From Sphingomonas sp. (lineage in GTDB: Bacteria > Pseudomonadota > Alphaproteobacteria > Sphingomonadales > Sphingomonadaceae), in the NCBI RefSeq assembly GCF_036388435.1, contig NZ_DASVRV010000052.1, positions 2,886-66,885 on the forward strand: 64,000 nt of DNA. Reading direction: 5' to 3'. A program made the position numbers and the translations under genes. The notes under the pieces were generated by a model. The model made no database searches. It was not told the origin of the DNA and was given only the letters and a program-made list of their open reading frames with translations. Position 1 is the first letter of the stretch. Every line of letters starts with the position of its first letter. Positions 8,526 through 17,966 of the stretch are shown one piece after another.

Positions 8526-9008
8526 ATGACCAACGACCCCATGTCCGATCTGAGCGACTTGTTGCGGCCCGATGCCGTCGCCTTCGACCTGGCGAGCAGC
8601 GGCAAGAAGGCGCTGCTTCAGGCGATGGCGGCGCTCGTCGCCCCGCAGGTCGGACTCGACCCGCGTCTCGTCGCCGATCGGCTGGGCGAGCGGGAGCGAC
8701 TGGGCTCGACCGGCTTCGGCCACGGCGTCGCCATCCCGCACGGCCGCGTCGAGGGACTGACCCAGATCGTCGGCGCCTTTGCCCGGCTCGCCCATCCGGT
8801 CGAGTATCAGGCGGTCGACGACCTGCCCGTCGACCTGATCTTCCTGCTGCTGTCACCGGTCGACGCGGGCGCCGATCATCTGAAGGCGCTGGCCCGCGTC
8901 TCGCGCACGCTGCGCGACGCCCGCTTCCTCGCCAAGCTGCGCGGCGCCGGGTCGCGCGACGCACTGTTCGCGCTGTTCACGACGGACGAGGCCCGTGACG
9001 CGGCCTGA
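8526..9008 (+). CDS. ptsN: PTS IIA-like nitrogen regulatory protein
   Basis: 160 aa with the phosphorylatable-His motif GHGVAIPHG. It follows hpf, as in many proteobacteria. Confidence 0.88.
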   Translation: MTNDPMSDLSDLLRPDAVAFDLASSGKKALLQAMAALVAPQVGLDPRLVADRLGERERLGSTGFGHGVAIPHGRVEGLTQIVGAFARLAHPVEYQAVDDLPVDLIFLLLSPVDAGADHLKALARVSRTLRDARFLAKLRGAGSRDALFALFTTDEARDAA

Positions 9009-9450
9009 GGGAGAGGCCGCGCATTACCGCGCGCTGGAGTCGCTCTACGCCGCGGCGCCGATCAACAAGCTGTTCGATTCGACGCTGGAGATCGAGTCGG
9101 GGGGCTTGGCCCGCATCCGCTTCACCCTCGACGAGCGCCATTTCCACGCCGCCGGCGCCGTTCACGGCACCAGCTATTTCAAGATGCTCGACGATGCCGC
9201 CTTTTACGCCGCCAACAGCCTGGTCACCGACCGTTTTCTGCTGACGACCGCCTTCACCCTGTTGTTCACCCAGCCGCTCGGCGTCGGCCCCGTCATCGCC
9301 GAGGGACGCTGGACCAACGGACGCCGCCGCGTCTTCAACGCCGACGCCCGGCTGCTCGACGCCGGCGGGGAGGAGGTCGCGCGCGGCACGGGAACCTTCA
9401 TGCGCTCGCGCATCCCGCTCGCGACGCTCCCCGGCTATCGGACGGCGTGA
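8995..9450 (+). CDS. PaaI family (hotdog fold) thioesterase
   Basis: 151 aa. The size and HGTSYFKMLDDAAFYAAN ... GRWTNGRRRVFNADARLLD pattern are typical of PaaI/YdiI-type thioesterases. The GTG start overlaps the end of ptsN. Confidence 0.7.
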   Translation: MTRPEGEAAHYRALESLYAAAPINKLFDSTLEIESGGLARIRFTLDERHFHAAGAVHGTSYFKMLDDAAFYAANSLVTDRFLLTTAFTLLFTQPLGVGPVIAEGRWTNGRRRVFNADARLLDAGGEEVARGTGTFMRSRIPLATLPGYRTA

Positions 9451-9785
9451 ACGGACGCCTGCCCGCCTCGGTCGTCGCCAGCGCGCTGATCCGGCGCGTC
9501 AACGATGCGGGCGGCTTCGCGGTGGTGCGCGCCAGGGGCGACCCACAGGCGGGCGCGCTCCTGCTCCTGACGCGCGCGCGCGACGGGACGACGCGGCTGT
9601 TCGAGCGCGGGCTCGGCGCGTCGGGCGCATCGGAGTCGATCGAGTCGACTCCGACCGGCGCCTCCCCGGAGTCGGTCGAGGAATATTGGCGCAAGCGCCG
9701 CGCGCGCGACCCCGATCTGTGGGTGATCGAACTGGACATCCCGGACGCGGAACGGTTCGCCGCTGAAACGCTGGGTGGCGATTGA
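9447..9785 (+). CDS. DUF1491 family protein
   Basis: 112 aa. The N-terminal LPASVVASALIRRVNDAGGFAVVRARGD resembles the alphaproteobacterial DUF1491 family as I recall it. The call is from memory only. Confidence 0.5.
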   Translation: MNGRLPASVVASALIRRVNDAGGFAVVRARGDPQAGALLLLTRARDGTTRLFERGLGASGASESIESTPTGASPESVEEYWRKRRARDPDLWVIELDIPDAERFAAETLGGD

Positions 9786-9958
9786 CGCTCCCGTCACCCT
9801 GGGCAAGGGCGGCATCATCGAAATAAGCGTTGTGCCGAACCCGTGTGCGATACGGTGGCGGTTACGCAGTCGGGGGGCAATCCAGGACCGGCGCGCAGGC
9901 TTGCGAAGCTCAAGCCACGCCGCCGGTTCGCGAACCAACCGCATATTTGTGACGACCA

Positions 9959-10600
9959 GTGACGATCCTTCAACGCGCCGCCACGTTTGCGGTCATGACC
10001 CTCGCCCTTGGTGGCCTGATGTCCACCAGCACCATCACCAACGCCGCCGAACTCGACCGGCCCGCGCTGACCACCTCTCTCACCACACCCGCCATCAACG
10101 CCCCGGCCCAGACGCCGGTTCCCACGGTTTTTCCGACGCTTGATCCCGAAGCATCCGCCGCGCCGAAACCGGCGCCTGCGACCTTCACCTCGCTCGACCA
10201 CGCGGTCGCCGCCCATGCCGCCGGCGAGACCGACAATGCCGAGGCGCTTCGCTGCCTCGCCACCACCATCTATTTCGAATCCAAGGGCGAGCCGCTCGCC
10301 GGCCAGCTCGCGGTCGCGAACGTCGTGCTGAACCGCGCCAAGTCGGGGCGCTTCGCCGCCGATGTCTGCGGCGTCGTCAAACAGCGCGGGCAATTCTCCT
10401 TCGTCCGCCGTGGCGTCCTGCCCAGCGTCGACGCGGTGAACCGCATGTATCGCACCGCCGAAGCGGTCGCCAAGGTCGCCCTGGCCTCCGCGTGGAAGAG
10501 CCCCGCGCCCGATGCGCTGTTCTTCAACGGTCGCAAGGTCGGTCTGCCCGGCCGGTTGACCAAAGTCGCGCTGATCGGGAATCATATCTTTTATCGGTGA
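9959..10600 (+). CDS. SleB-type cell wall hydrolase, secreted
   Basis: 213 aa with a signal peptide and a Pro/Ala-rich linker. The C-terminal domain LATTIYFESKGEPLAGQLAVANVVLNRAKSGRFAADVCGVVKQRGQFSF is typical of Hydrolase_2/SleB. Confidence 0.8.
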   Translation: MTILQRAATFAVMTLALGGLMSTSTITNAAELDRPALTTSLTTPAINAPAQTPVPTVFPTLDPEASAAPKPAPATFTSLDHAVAAHAAGETDNAEALRCLATTIYFESKGEPLAGQLAVANVVLNRAKSGRFAADVCGVVKQRGQFSFVRRGVLPSVDAVNRMYRTAEAVAKVALASAWKSPAPDALFFNGRKVGLPGRLTKVALIGNHIFYR

Positions 10601-10714
10601 CACGCAGGGCGGGCGGCGCCACCTTGGCGCAGGACCCGCCCAAGCCCGGCCGGGCTAGCATCGCTACGACCGACGGCGCGGCTTCGCCGCGACGCATCCC
10701 CCAAGTCTCTTGCC

Positions 10715-11236
10715 TTGTTCTACGCCTGTTCCTATCCGGCTCCGGTGCTGAAGGAACCGCCCCTCTCCTGCCTCGACCCCGCGACCGGAACGCTCTGCGC
10801 CGCCGACGTCGCGCGCGGGGTCACGCGGATGCTCCACCGGCACGACCTGACCGCGATGGCGGAGGTGCCGCTCGACAATGGCCGTCGCGCCGACCTGATG
10901 GCGATCGACGCCAGGGGACGGATCGTCATCGTCGAGATCAAGGTGTCGCGCGCCGATCTGCTCGGGGACGGCAAATGGCCCGACTATCTGGGTCAGTGCG
11001 ATCGCTATTACTGGGCCTTGCCCGCCGGGTTCGACACGGCGCCGCTCGATGCCCCCGCCTTTCTGCCGCACCGCACGGGCGTGATCGTCGCCGATCAGTA
11101 TGATGCGGAGATCGTCCGCGAGGCGTCGACCGAGGCGCTCGCCGCGCATGTGCGCAAACGCTGTACCCTGTCCTTCGCCAGGCGCGCGGCGCGGCGCATG
11201 CTCGCGCTCACCGATCCCGACGCCTATACCAGCTAG
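10715..11236 (+). CDS. MmcB family DNA repair protein (PD-(D/E)XK fold)
   Basis: The core GRRADLMAIDARGRIVIVEIKVSRADLLGDGKWPDYLGQCDRYYWA fits the MmcB pattern. The exact start is uncertain, with GTG 10745 also possible. Confidence 0.6.
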   Translation: MFYACSYPAPVLKEPPLSCLDPATGTLCAADVARGVTRMLHRHDLTAMAEVPLDNGRRADLMAIDARGRIVIVEIKVSRADLLGDGKWPDYLGQCDRYYWALPAGFDTAPLDAPAFLPHRTGVIVADQYDAEIVREASTEALAAHVRKRCTLSFARRAARRMLALTDPDAYTS

Positions 11237-11829
11237 AGCTTGGGTCCCGACATCGCGCCGCGCGCGCGCTTGGGCGCCTCCGCGAGCAATTTGGCCAACG
11301 CCGGGTTGCGCGCGTCGCGGCGCGCATAATCGCGCGCGGACATGCCCGCGACATTGTCCGTCTGGTCGGGATCGGCGCCCGCCGTCAGCAACAGGCGCGC
11401 GGTCGTGACGTCGCGACGCTGTACCGCGCGGATCAGCGGCGTCTCACCCCCGCCATTGCCCAGATTCACATTGGCGCGTCCCGCCACCAGCACCGGGATC
11501 AGCCCGGCATGACCGGCCGTCACCGCCAGCAGGAGCGGGGTATCCCCGCGCCCGTCGCGCACATTGGGGTCGGCACCCTTCTGCAGCAGATAGCGCAGGT
11601 ACACCTCGTCGCCGCGCCGTGCGACGATATGGAGGGCGGTCTCGCCGCTACCCACGTCGCGCGTGTTGATGATGTTCGCGCCCGGGCGATCGAGGATCGC
11701 GAGCACGTCATTGCCCTTGGCGTCGCGCACCGCCTGCAGGAACTTGTAGCTTTCCGACTGCTGCTGCGCCCCGGCGGGAACGGCGATGGCGAGCAGCAGC
11801 ATGGCGGGGAGAAAGGCTCTTGGCGACAT
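11233..11829 (-). CDS. Secreted ankyrin repeat protein
   Basis: The start is taken at the internal Met (MSPRAFLPAMLLLAIAVPAGAQ signal peptide). Repeated G-ETALH/TPL..A......LL..GADPN units follow. Confidence 0.85.
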   Translation of the reverse strand: MSPRAFLPAMLLLAIAVPAGAQQQSESYKFLQAVRDAKGNDVLAILDRPGANIINTRDVGSGETALHIVARRGDEVYLRYLLQKGADPNVRDGRGDTPLLLAVTAGHAGLIPVLVAGRANVNLGNGGGETPLIRAVQRRDVTTARLLLTAGADPDQTDNVAGMSARDYARRDARNPALAKLLAEAPKRARGAMSGPKL

Positions 11830-11905
11830 CGCGCGGGATCCCGGATAGATTGGCCGAACAGGTGACTTGCTCACCCGCCGCTAACAGATCAAGGCTGGCT
11901 TCGTC

Positions 11906-12496
11906 ATGAATATTCGCTCGACCTTGGCGGCCGCCGGGCTGGCGTTGCTGCTCGCCGGGTGCGGCGCCGCGACCCCGCCCGAGCAGCCGCCGCTTGCCGG
12001 TGCCCGCATCGGCGGCCCCTTCGCGCTGACCGACGAGAATGGCCGCGCGACGACCGACCGCGACCTGACCGGAAAGTGGCGCATCATGTATTTCGGCTAC
12101 ACCTTCTGCCCCGACATCTGCCCGACCGACGCGCGGAACATCGGGGCGGGGCTCAAGCGCTTCGAGGCGGAGGACCCCGATCGTGGCGCGCGGGTGACGC
12201 CGGTGTTCGTAACGGTCGATCCCGCGCGCGACACGCCCCAGGTGCTCAAAGCCTTCACCGACGCCTTTCACCCCCGCATGATCGGCCTGACCGGCAGCGG
12301 GGACGCGATCGCGCGCGTCGCGAAAAGCTATGCCGTCTATTACAGCAAGGGTGATCCCGCCCCCGGCGGCGGCTATCTGATGGATCATCAGCGGGTCACC
12401 TACCTCATGGACCCGCAAGGTCGTCCCGTGGCGCTGCTGCCCGCCGACAAGAGCGCCGACGCGGTCGCGGCCGAACTGGCGCGGTGGGTCCGATGA
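11906..12496 (+). CDS. SCO1/SenC family copper chaperone, lipoprotein
   Basis: 196 aa with lipobox LLAGC, the CPDICP (CxxxC) motif and the conserved His region (YLMDHQRVTYLMDP). Confidence 0.9.
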   Translation: MNIRSTLAAAGLALLLAGCGAATPPEQPPLAGARIGGPFALTDENGRATTDRDLTGKWRIMYFGYTFCPDICPTDARNIGAGLKRFEAEDPDRGARVTPVFVTVDPARDTPQVLKAFTDAFHPRMIGLTGSGDAIARVAKSYAVYYSKGDPAPGGGYLMDHQRVTYLMDPQGRPVALLPADKSADAVAAELARWVR

Positions 12497-12521
12497 CGCG
12501 CCGCGCGCTTGGAGGGGTCCG

Positions 12522-12953
12522 ATGACGCGCTTCTGGGAGGATACGCCGCTCGACCGGCTCGACCGCGCGCAATGGGAGCAATTGTGCGACGGGTGCGGGA
12601 AATGCTGCATCCACAAGCTCGAGGACGAGGAGACGGGGGAGCTCCTCGCCACCAACGTCGCCTGCCGCCTGCTCGACGGGCGCACCGGACTGTGTTCGAA
12701 CTACAAGCACCGCCGCGCCTATGTGTCCGAATGCGTGCGGCTCACCCCCGCCAACGTCCATGGGATCGACTGGCTGCCGTCGACCTGCGCCTATCGCCTG
12801 CGCGCCAACGACGAGCCGCTGCCCGACTGGCATCACCTCAACTCGGGCGACCGTGAAGCGGTCCACCGCGCGGGCCAGTCGGTACGCGGTTGGACGATCA
12901 GCGAGGACGTGGCGGGCGACCTGGAGCATCATCTGGTCGACCGCGACCTGTGA
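12522..12953 (+). CDS. YcgN family cysteine-cluster protein (UPF0260)
   Basis: 143 aa with the CDGCGKCC cluster and later conserved Cys residues. Confidence 0.85.
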   Translation: MTRFWEDTPLDRLDRAQWEQLCDGCGKCCIHKLEDEETGELLATNVACRLLDGRTGLCSNYKHRRAYVSECVRLTPANVHGIDWLPSTCAYRLRANDEPLPDWHHLNSGDREAVHRAGQSVRGWTISEDVAGDLEHHLVDRDL

Positions 12954-13630
12954 GCGACACGTTCGAGGTCGTGCGGCATCCCCGCGCCAGGCGGGCGCGG
13001 CTCACCTTCGATCCGGCGAGCGGGCGCGCGCGGCTGGTGCTCCCCGCCCGCGCGGCGCTGAAACCGGCGCTCGCCTGGGCGCGCGGCAAGAGCCAATGGC
13101 TCGACGAGCAACGCGCCGGGCTGCCACAGGCGCGACCTTTCGTCTCCGGCGCGGCGATCGAGGTCGCGGACGAGCGGCTGGAGCTGCTGTGGCGACCTGG
13201 TTCGCGTCGCACCCTGACCCGCGACGGCTACCGGTTGGTGGGGGAGGGGCCGCCCGAGACGCTGGCCCGCCGCGTCGAGGCCTGGCTCAGGCGCGCGAGC
13301 CTCGACCTGCTGACCCGCGAGACGACCGAGTTCGCGGCCAAGGCAGGGGTAAGCGTCGCCAAGGTCATGGTCGGCGACCCGCGCGGGCGCTGGGGCAGTT
13401 GCTCGGGCAGCGGGGCGATCCGCTATAGCTGGCGGCTGGTCCTCGCCCCCGGCTGGGTGCGCCGTGCCACCGTCGCGCACGAGGTCGCGCACCGCGTCCA
13501 TATGGATCACGGCCCCGCTTTTCACGCGCTGGTGCGGGACCTGCTGGAGGAGGATCCGACGCCCGCGCGCGCCTGGCTGCGCACGCACGGGGCGGGACTT
13601 CACTGGATCGGGCGCTCTTCCTCGTCATAG
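12950..13630 (+). CDS. YgjP-like metal-dependent hydrolase (DUF45 / M48 family)
   Basis: It starts at GTG 12950, a GTGA overlap with the ycgN-like stop. The HEVAH zinc motif and the WGSCS..G.IRYSWRL pattern are present. Confidence 0.8.
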   Translation: MSDTFEVVRHPRARRARLTFDPASGRARLVLPARAALKPALAWARGKSQWLDEQRAGLPQARPFVSGAAIEVADERLELLWRPGSRRTLTRDGYRLVGEGPPETLARRVEAWLRRASLDLLTRETTEFAAKAGVSVAKVMVGDPRGRWGSCSGSGAIRYSWRLVLAPGWVRRATVAHEVAHRVHMDHGPAFHALVRDLLEEDPTPARAWLRTHGAGLHWIGRSSSS

Positions 13631-15717
13631 TCGCGCGGCACCTCGACCCGCGGCGCGGGGCGTCGCGGCCGTTCGTCGCGGCCCGTCGCCCGGTCGATCC
13701 AGTCCTGGTCGAAGCGCTGGGGCGACTCGGCTTCCTCCTCGGGCGGCGCGGGGCGCGGCTCGAAGTCGGGCGCCGCCGGGGCTGCGGGGGTCTCGCCATC
13801 GATCGCCAAAGGGTCGCCGTTCTCGTCGACGAACATCTGATTGTCGGGGGCTCCGAAATAGCTCTCCTCATCGGGTTCGAGCTGCCATTCCGGGAGCGTC
13901 ACCTCGGTCTCGAACTGCTCGATCGGGCGCTTGGCGACGGCCGCGCGCATGAACTGGGCGAAGGCGCGCGCCGGGGCGCGGCCGCCCGACAAACCGGCGA
14001 CCGGCCGCGCATTGTCGCGCCCCATCCACACGCCCGTGGTCAGCCCGCTCGAAAAGCCCAGGAACCAGCCGTCCTTGGCCGAACTGGTCGTGCCGGTCTT
14101 GCCCGCGACGGGGCGGCCGATCTGCGCCTCGCGGCCTGTGCCGGCATTGACGGCGGTCTGGAGCAGGTCGGTCATCTGCGCGGCCACATAGGGCGCGACG
14201 AGGACGCGGCTGCGATCGACCTCGTGGCGGTAGATCGTCTCCCCGTCCGCGCTCACCCGCGTGATGCCATAGGGCACGACGGCGATGCCCTTCGAGGCGA
14301 CCGAGGCGAAGGCGCGGGTCATGTCGATCAGCCGGACGTTCGAGGTGCCGAGCACCATGGACGGATGGGTGTTGACCGGGGTGGTGATCCCGAACCGCCG
14401 CGCCATGTCAGCCACCGTCGAGAAACCGACCTCCTGGCCCAGCTTGGCCGCGATCGTGTTGAGCGAATAGGCGAAGGCGGTCCGCAGCGTCACCGCGCCC
14501 GAATTGCGCCGGGAATCGTTGCGCGGGCTCCACCCCTCGATCGTCACCGGCTCGTCGATCACCGAGTCCTCGGGCTTGTGCCCATTTTCCAGCGCGGCGA
14601 GATAGACGAACAGCTTGAACGCCGAACCCGGCTGGCGTTGCGCCTGGGTCGCGCGGTTGTAGATCGAGGACACATAATCCTTGCCGCCGACCATCGCCCG
14701 CACGGCGCCGTCGCGGTCGAGCGAGACCAGCGCCCCCTGCGTGCCCGTCGGCGTCTGCGCGCGGATGGCGGCATCGGCGGCGCGCTGCATCGCGGGGTCG
14801 AGCGTCGTCCACACATCGAGCGGCGCGTCCTGTTCGTCGATCAGCAGGTCGAGCTGGGGCAGCGCCCAGTCGGTGAAATAGCGCACGCTGTTCTGGCGCG
14901 GCGCGGGCTCCAGCTTGAGTTCCTGCGGGTCGGCATCGGCGGCCTCCGCCGCGGTGATCGCTCCCGTCTCGACCATGGTCTGAAGCACCACGCCCGCGCG
15001 GCCCTGCGCGGCCTCCGCATCGGCGGTGGGGGAATAGTTGGAAGGTGCCTTAACCAGCCCGGCGATCACCGCCGCCTCCGACAGGCTCAACTGTCCCGCG
15101 CCATGCCCGAAGAAGCGACGGCTGGCGGCGTCGATGCCGTAGGCGCCACCGCCATAGTAGACCTTGTTCAGATATAGTTCGAGGATCTGGTTCTTGGAGA
15201 ATTTGCGCTCCATCGCCAGCGCCAGGATCCATTCGCGGAATTTGCGTCCGAATTTCTTCTGGCTCGACAGGAAGACGTTGCGCGCGAGCTGCTGGGTGAT
15301 CGTCGATCCCCCTTGCGTCCACCGTCCGCGCTCCCAGCGTACCTTGGCGGCGCGCGCGAGCCCGATCGGGTCGACACCGGGATGATTACGGAAGCGCCGA
15401 TCCTCGACCGACACGGTCGCGTCGCGCATCACCTGCGGGATCTGACCATAGGGAAGCCACTGACCGTAACTCGGCCCGAGCGACACCAGGATCGATCCGT
15501 CGGCGGCATGGACCCGGATCATCTGCCCATTGGGGGACGATCGAAGCTGGTCGAAGCTGGGAAGCTGCGACCGCGTGACATAGACCGCGATAACGAGCGC
15601 GCCGAGCGCCAGCACGCCCAAGGCGACCAGCACTTGGAAGGTGCGGACGATGCGGCGGCGCCAGGGAGAATGCCGGGGTTTCGGCGAACGCCGGGGCTGA
15701 GGGGTGCGCGCTGCCAT
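13600..15717 (-). CDS. Class A penicillin-binding protein (glycosyltransferase + transpeptidase)
   Basis: 705 aa with an N-terminal TM anchor. GT51 motifs (EDRRFRNHPGVD, GGSTITQQL) and transpeptidase motifs (SAFK, KTGTT) are present. The C-terminal tail is acidic and Pro-rich. Confidence 0.93.
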   Translation of the reverse strand: MAARTPQPRRSPKPRHSPWRRRIVRTFQVLVALGVLALGALVIAVYVTRSQLPSFDQLRSSPNGQMIRVHAADGSILVSLGPSYGQWLPYGQIPQVMRDATVSVEDRRFRNHPGVDPIGLARAAKVRWERGRWTQGGSTITQQLARNVFLSSQKKFGRKFREWILALAMERKFSKNQILELYLNKVYYGGGAYGIDAASRRFFGHGAGQLSLSEAAVIAGLVKAPSNYSPTADAEAAQGRAGVVLQTMVETGAITAAEAADADPQELKLEPAPRQNSVRYFTDWALPQLDLLIDEQDAPLDVWTTLDPAMQRAADAAIRAQTPTGTQGALVSLDRDGAVRAMVGGKDYVSSIYNRATQAQRQPGSAFKLFVYLAALENGHKPEDSVIDEPVTIEGWSPRNDSRRNSGAVTLRTAFAYSLNTIAAKLGQEVGFSTVADMARRFGITTPVNTHPSMVLGTSNVRLIDMTRAFASVASKGIAVVPYGITRVSADGETIYRHEVDRSRVLVAPYVAAQMTDLLQTAVNAGTGREAQIGRPVAGKTGTTSSAKDGWFLGFSSGLTTGVWMGRDNARPVAGLSGGRAPARAFAQFMRAAVAKRPIEQFETEVTLPEWQLEPDEESYFGAPDNQMFVDENGDPLAIDGETPAAPAAPDFEPRPAPPEEEAESPQRFDQDWIDRATGRDERPRRPAPRVEVPRDYDEEERPIQ

Positions 15718-15784
15718 GGATGCGGCGCAGGATTACCCGGTCATCCTGAACGCGGCAAGAACGCCGCGCATGATCCGAGGGCGG

Positions 15785-16189
15785 TCAGCTACGCGGCTTG
15801 AACTCCAGCGACACCGAATTCATGCAGTAACGCTGGCCGGTGGGCGGCGGGCCGTCGGGAAAGACATGGCCCATATGGCTGTCGCACCGCGCGCAGCGCG
15901 TTTCCGTACGCGTCATGCCGTGACTGACATCTTTATGGTCGCTCACCCGGTCCGGCTCGATCGCGCGGGTGAAGCTGGGCCAGCCCGAGCCCGAATCATA
16001 TTTGTCGGCGCTGTCGAACAATTCGAGCTGGCACGCCGCGCAGCGATAGACGCCATCGGCCTTGTTGTCGTTGTAGCGGCCGGAAAAAGCGCGCTCGGTG
16101 CCCGCTTCGCGCAGCACATGATATTGCTCGGGAGAGAGGCGCTTGCGCCACTCGTTTTCGGACAGGGTCAGGCGTTCCATCCCGCTCAT
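15785..16189 (-). CDS. msrB: Peptide-methionine (R)-S-oxide reductase
   Basis: The start is the internal Met (MSGMERLTLSENEWRKRL...), preceded by AAGGAAG. Two CxxC zinc pairs and the catalytic RYCMNS are present. Confidence 0.93.
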   Translation of the reverse strand: MSGMERLTLSENEWRKRLSPEQYHVLREAGTERAFSGRYNDNKADGVYRCAACQLELFDSADKYDSGSGWPSFTRAIEPDRVSDHKDVSHGMTRTETRCARCDSHMGHVFPDGPPPTGQRYCMNSVSLEFKPRS

Positions 16190-16218
16190 TTCGGCTTCCT
16201 TCCGGTCGCGTTCAAGGG

Positions 16219-17307
16219 TCACGCCATTCTGGTCGCGCGCGCGATGAGCTGGATCAGGAAAGGCGCGCGCGCGAGCCAGGGCAGGGCGGCCGGCGCGACC
16301 GGTCCCTCCGCCAGATCGCGGACCAGCCCGGCCACGCGGATCGGTCGCGCGGCCCGGGCGGCGAAGCGGCGCTGCCATGCCGCGCTCGCCATCGGTCCGC
16401 CGCCGGCATGAGCGGCCGCCGCCGAACAGCCGCTCGCGATCGCGATGCCCATGCCCTCGCCCGCCAGCGACGGGATCACCGCCGCCTGGTCGCCCAGCCG
16501 GAACAGCCCCGCCATCCCCTCGCGCATCCGCCAGCCATAGGGGACGTTGGCGACCGCATCGATGCCGCTTCCCGTCGCGCGCATCGCCAGCCGGTCGCCA
16601 AAGGCGGGCGCCGCGTCCGCGATGGCCCGGAGCAGCGCCTCGGGCGACCCCGCCTCATGCAGCCGCGAGCGTCGCACCGCCAGGCACAGATTGGCCGATC
16701 CGTCCTCCTGCACCGCGAGCCCGGCATAGCCACGGTCGAACAGGTGAAGCTCGATCGCATCCTCGATCCGGCGGCGCATCGCGTCCGAGGGGGCGAGCCG
16801 CACCCGTATACCCAAGGCCGGATCGTCGCCCGGCCCCGGCGTCGGTCGGGCGAGCCCGCGTAGATCGTGCTTGCCCGTCGCCAGGAAGAGCGCGTCGGGC
16901 GCGATCACCGTCCCGTCCGCCAGGACGACGGAGCCGGCCTCCGCGCTCCGCACCGCGACGCCGCGCTCCACCCCCGCGCCCGCGCGCTCGGCCTCCGCGA
17001 GCATCAGCGTGTCGAGCGTCCGCCTGGACACGGCGAGCGCCGGATAGGGCAGGGGGGCCTCCACCTCGCGCGTCCCCGCGAAAACATGAACGCGCCCGAT
17101 CCGGCGCCGGCTCAGCCGGTCGGGATCGACCCCCAGCGCGCGGATACGGTCGAGCGTCCGCCAGCTCAGAAACCCGCCGCACAGCGCGTCACCCGTCTGG
17201 CGCGTCCGCTCCAGGATCACGGGACGTGAATCGGCGCGCGCCAGCCCGATCGCCGCCGCGCTTCCCGCCGGCCCGGCGCCGATGATCAGCGCAGGCGTTC
17301 GACGCAT
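16219..17307 (-). CDS. FAD-dependent oxidoreductase (aromatic hydroxylase / geranylgeranyl reductase-like)
   Basis: 362 aa with the N-terminal dinucleotide-binding ALIIGAGPAGSAAAIGLA and a later GD..A motif (RLGDQAAVIPSLAGEGMG). Confidence 0.8.
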   Translation of the reverse strand: MRRTPALIIGAGPAGSAAAIGLARADSRPVILERTRQTGDALCGGFLSWRTLDRIRALGVDPDRLSRRRIGRVHVFAGTREVEAPLPYPALAVSRRTLDTLMLAEAERAGAGVERGVAVRSAEAGSVVLADGTVIAPDALFLATGKHDLRGLARPTPGPGDDPALGIRVRLAPSDAMRRRIEDAIELHLFDRGYAGLAVQEDGSANLCLAVRRSRLHEAGSPEALLRAIADAAPAFGDRLAMRATGSGIDAVANVPYGWRMREGMAGLFRLGDQAAVIPSLAGEGMGIAIASGCSAAAAHAGGGPMASAAWQRRFAARAARPIRVAGLVRDLAEGPVAPAALPWLARAPFLIQLIARATRMA

Positions 17308-17966
17308 AGCCGGAACGGAAAGGCACGGAATATGCGCGCGCCGTCGACGCCCGCCTCCGCCAGAATGTCACGCCACTCGGCAGGACGAAAAGATCGGGCG
17401 ATCGAGATGCGGCCATCGTGGCGCACGATCGGGTGCCAGCGCGCCAGCATGGCGAGCAGCGGATAACCCGCATGAGCGAAGCGGTGGCGGTGGAGGTCGT
17501 TGACGAACCAGCAACGCGCATTGGCTTCCATGAAGCGCAGAAAGGCGAGGAGCTGCGGATGCGTCATGTGATGCGCGACGAGGCTGGAAACGACCGCGTC
17601 CCAATCGCCGCCCATATCGGCATAATCGCCGGTGACGTAGCGGATCGGCATGGTCGCGGGAGTATGCGCCGTCGCGGCGGGCGCGCTACGCGGGTTCAGA
17701 TCGACGCCGACCAGCTCGGCGGTGACGTCATGCCGCGCCGCCCAGCGTGAAATGCTGCGCAGCATATCCCCGTCGCCGAAGCCGACATCGAGCAGGCGCA
17801 ACCGACGATTCCGCACCGCGCGCTTCAGAAAGGCGAGGGTGGGCCGGCGGGCCATCGTGGCGCTGTTCACCCGCGCCAGATCGCCGATCAGTGCCGAATA
17901 GACCGCGGGATCGAGGTCGTCGGCATCCATCAGTTCGTCGGCGGTGGAGCGACGGGCGAGCGTCAC
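17286..17966 (-). CDS. Class I SAM-dependent methyltransferase
   Basis: The start is GTG 17966, overlapping the PKS stop as GTGA. SAM motif I RLLDVGFGDGDM is present. The 3' end overlaps the flavoprotein start by 22 nt. Confidence 0.8.
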   Translation of the reverse strand: MTLARRSTADELMDADDLDPAVYSALIGDLARVNSATMARRPTLAFLKRAVRNRRLRLLDVGFGDGDMLRSISRWAARHDVTAELVGVDLNPRSAPAATAHTPATMPIRYVTGDYADMGGDWDAVVSSLVAHHMTHPQLLAFLRFMEANARCWFVNDLHRHRFAHAGYPLLAMLARWHPIVRHDGRISIARSFRPAEWRDILAEAGVDGARIFRAFPFRLCVERLR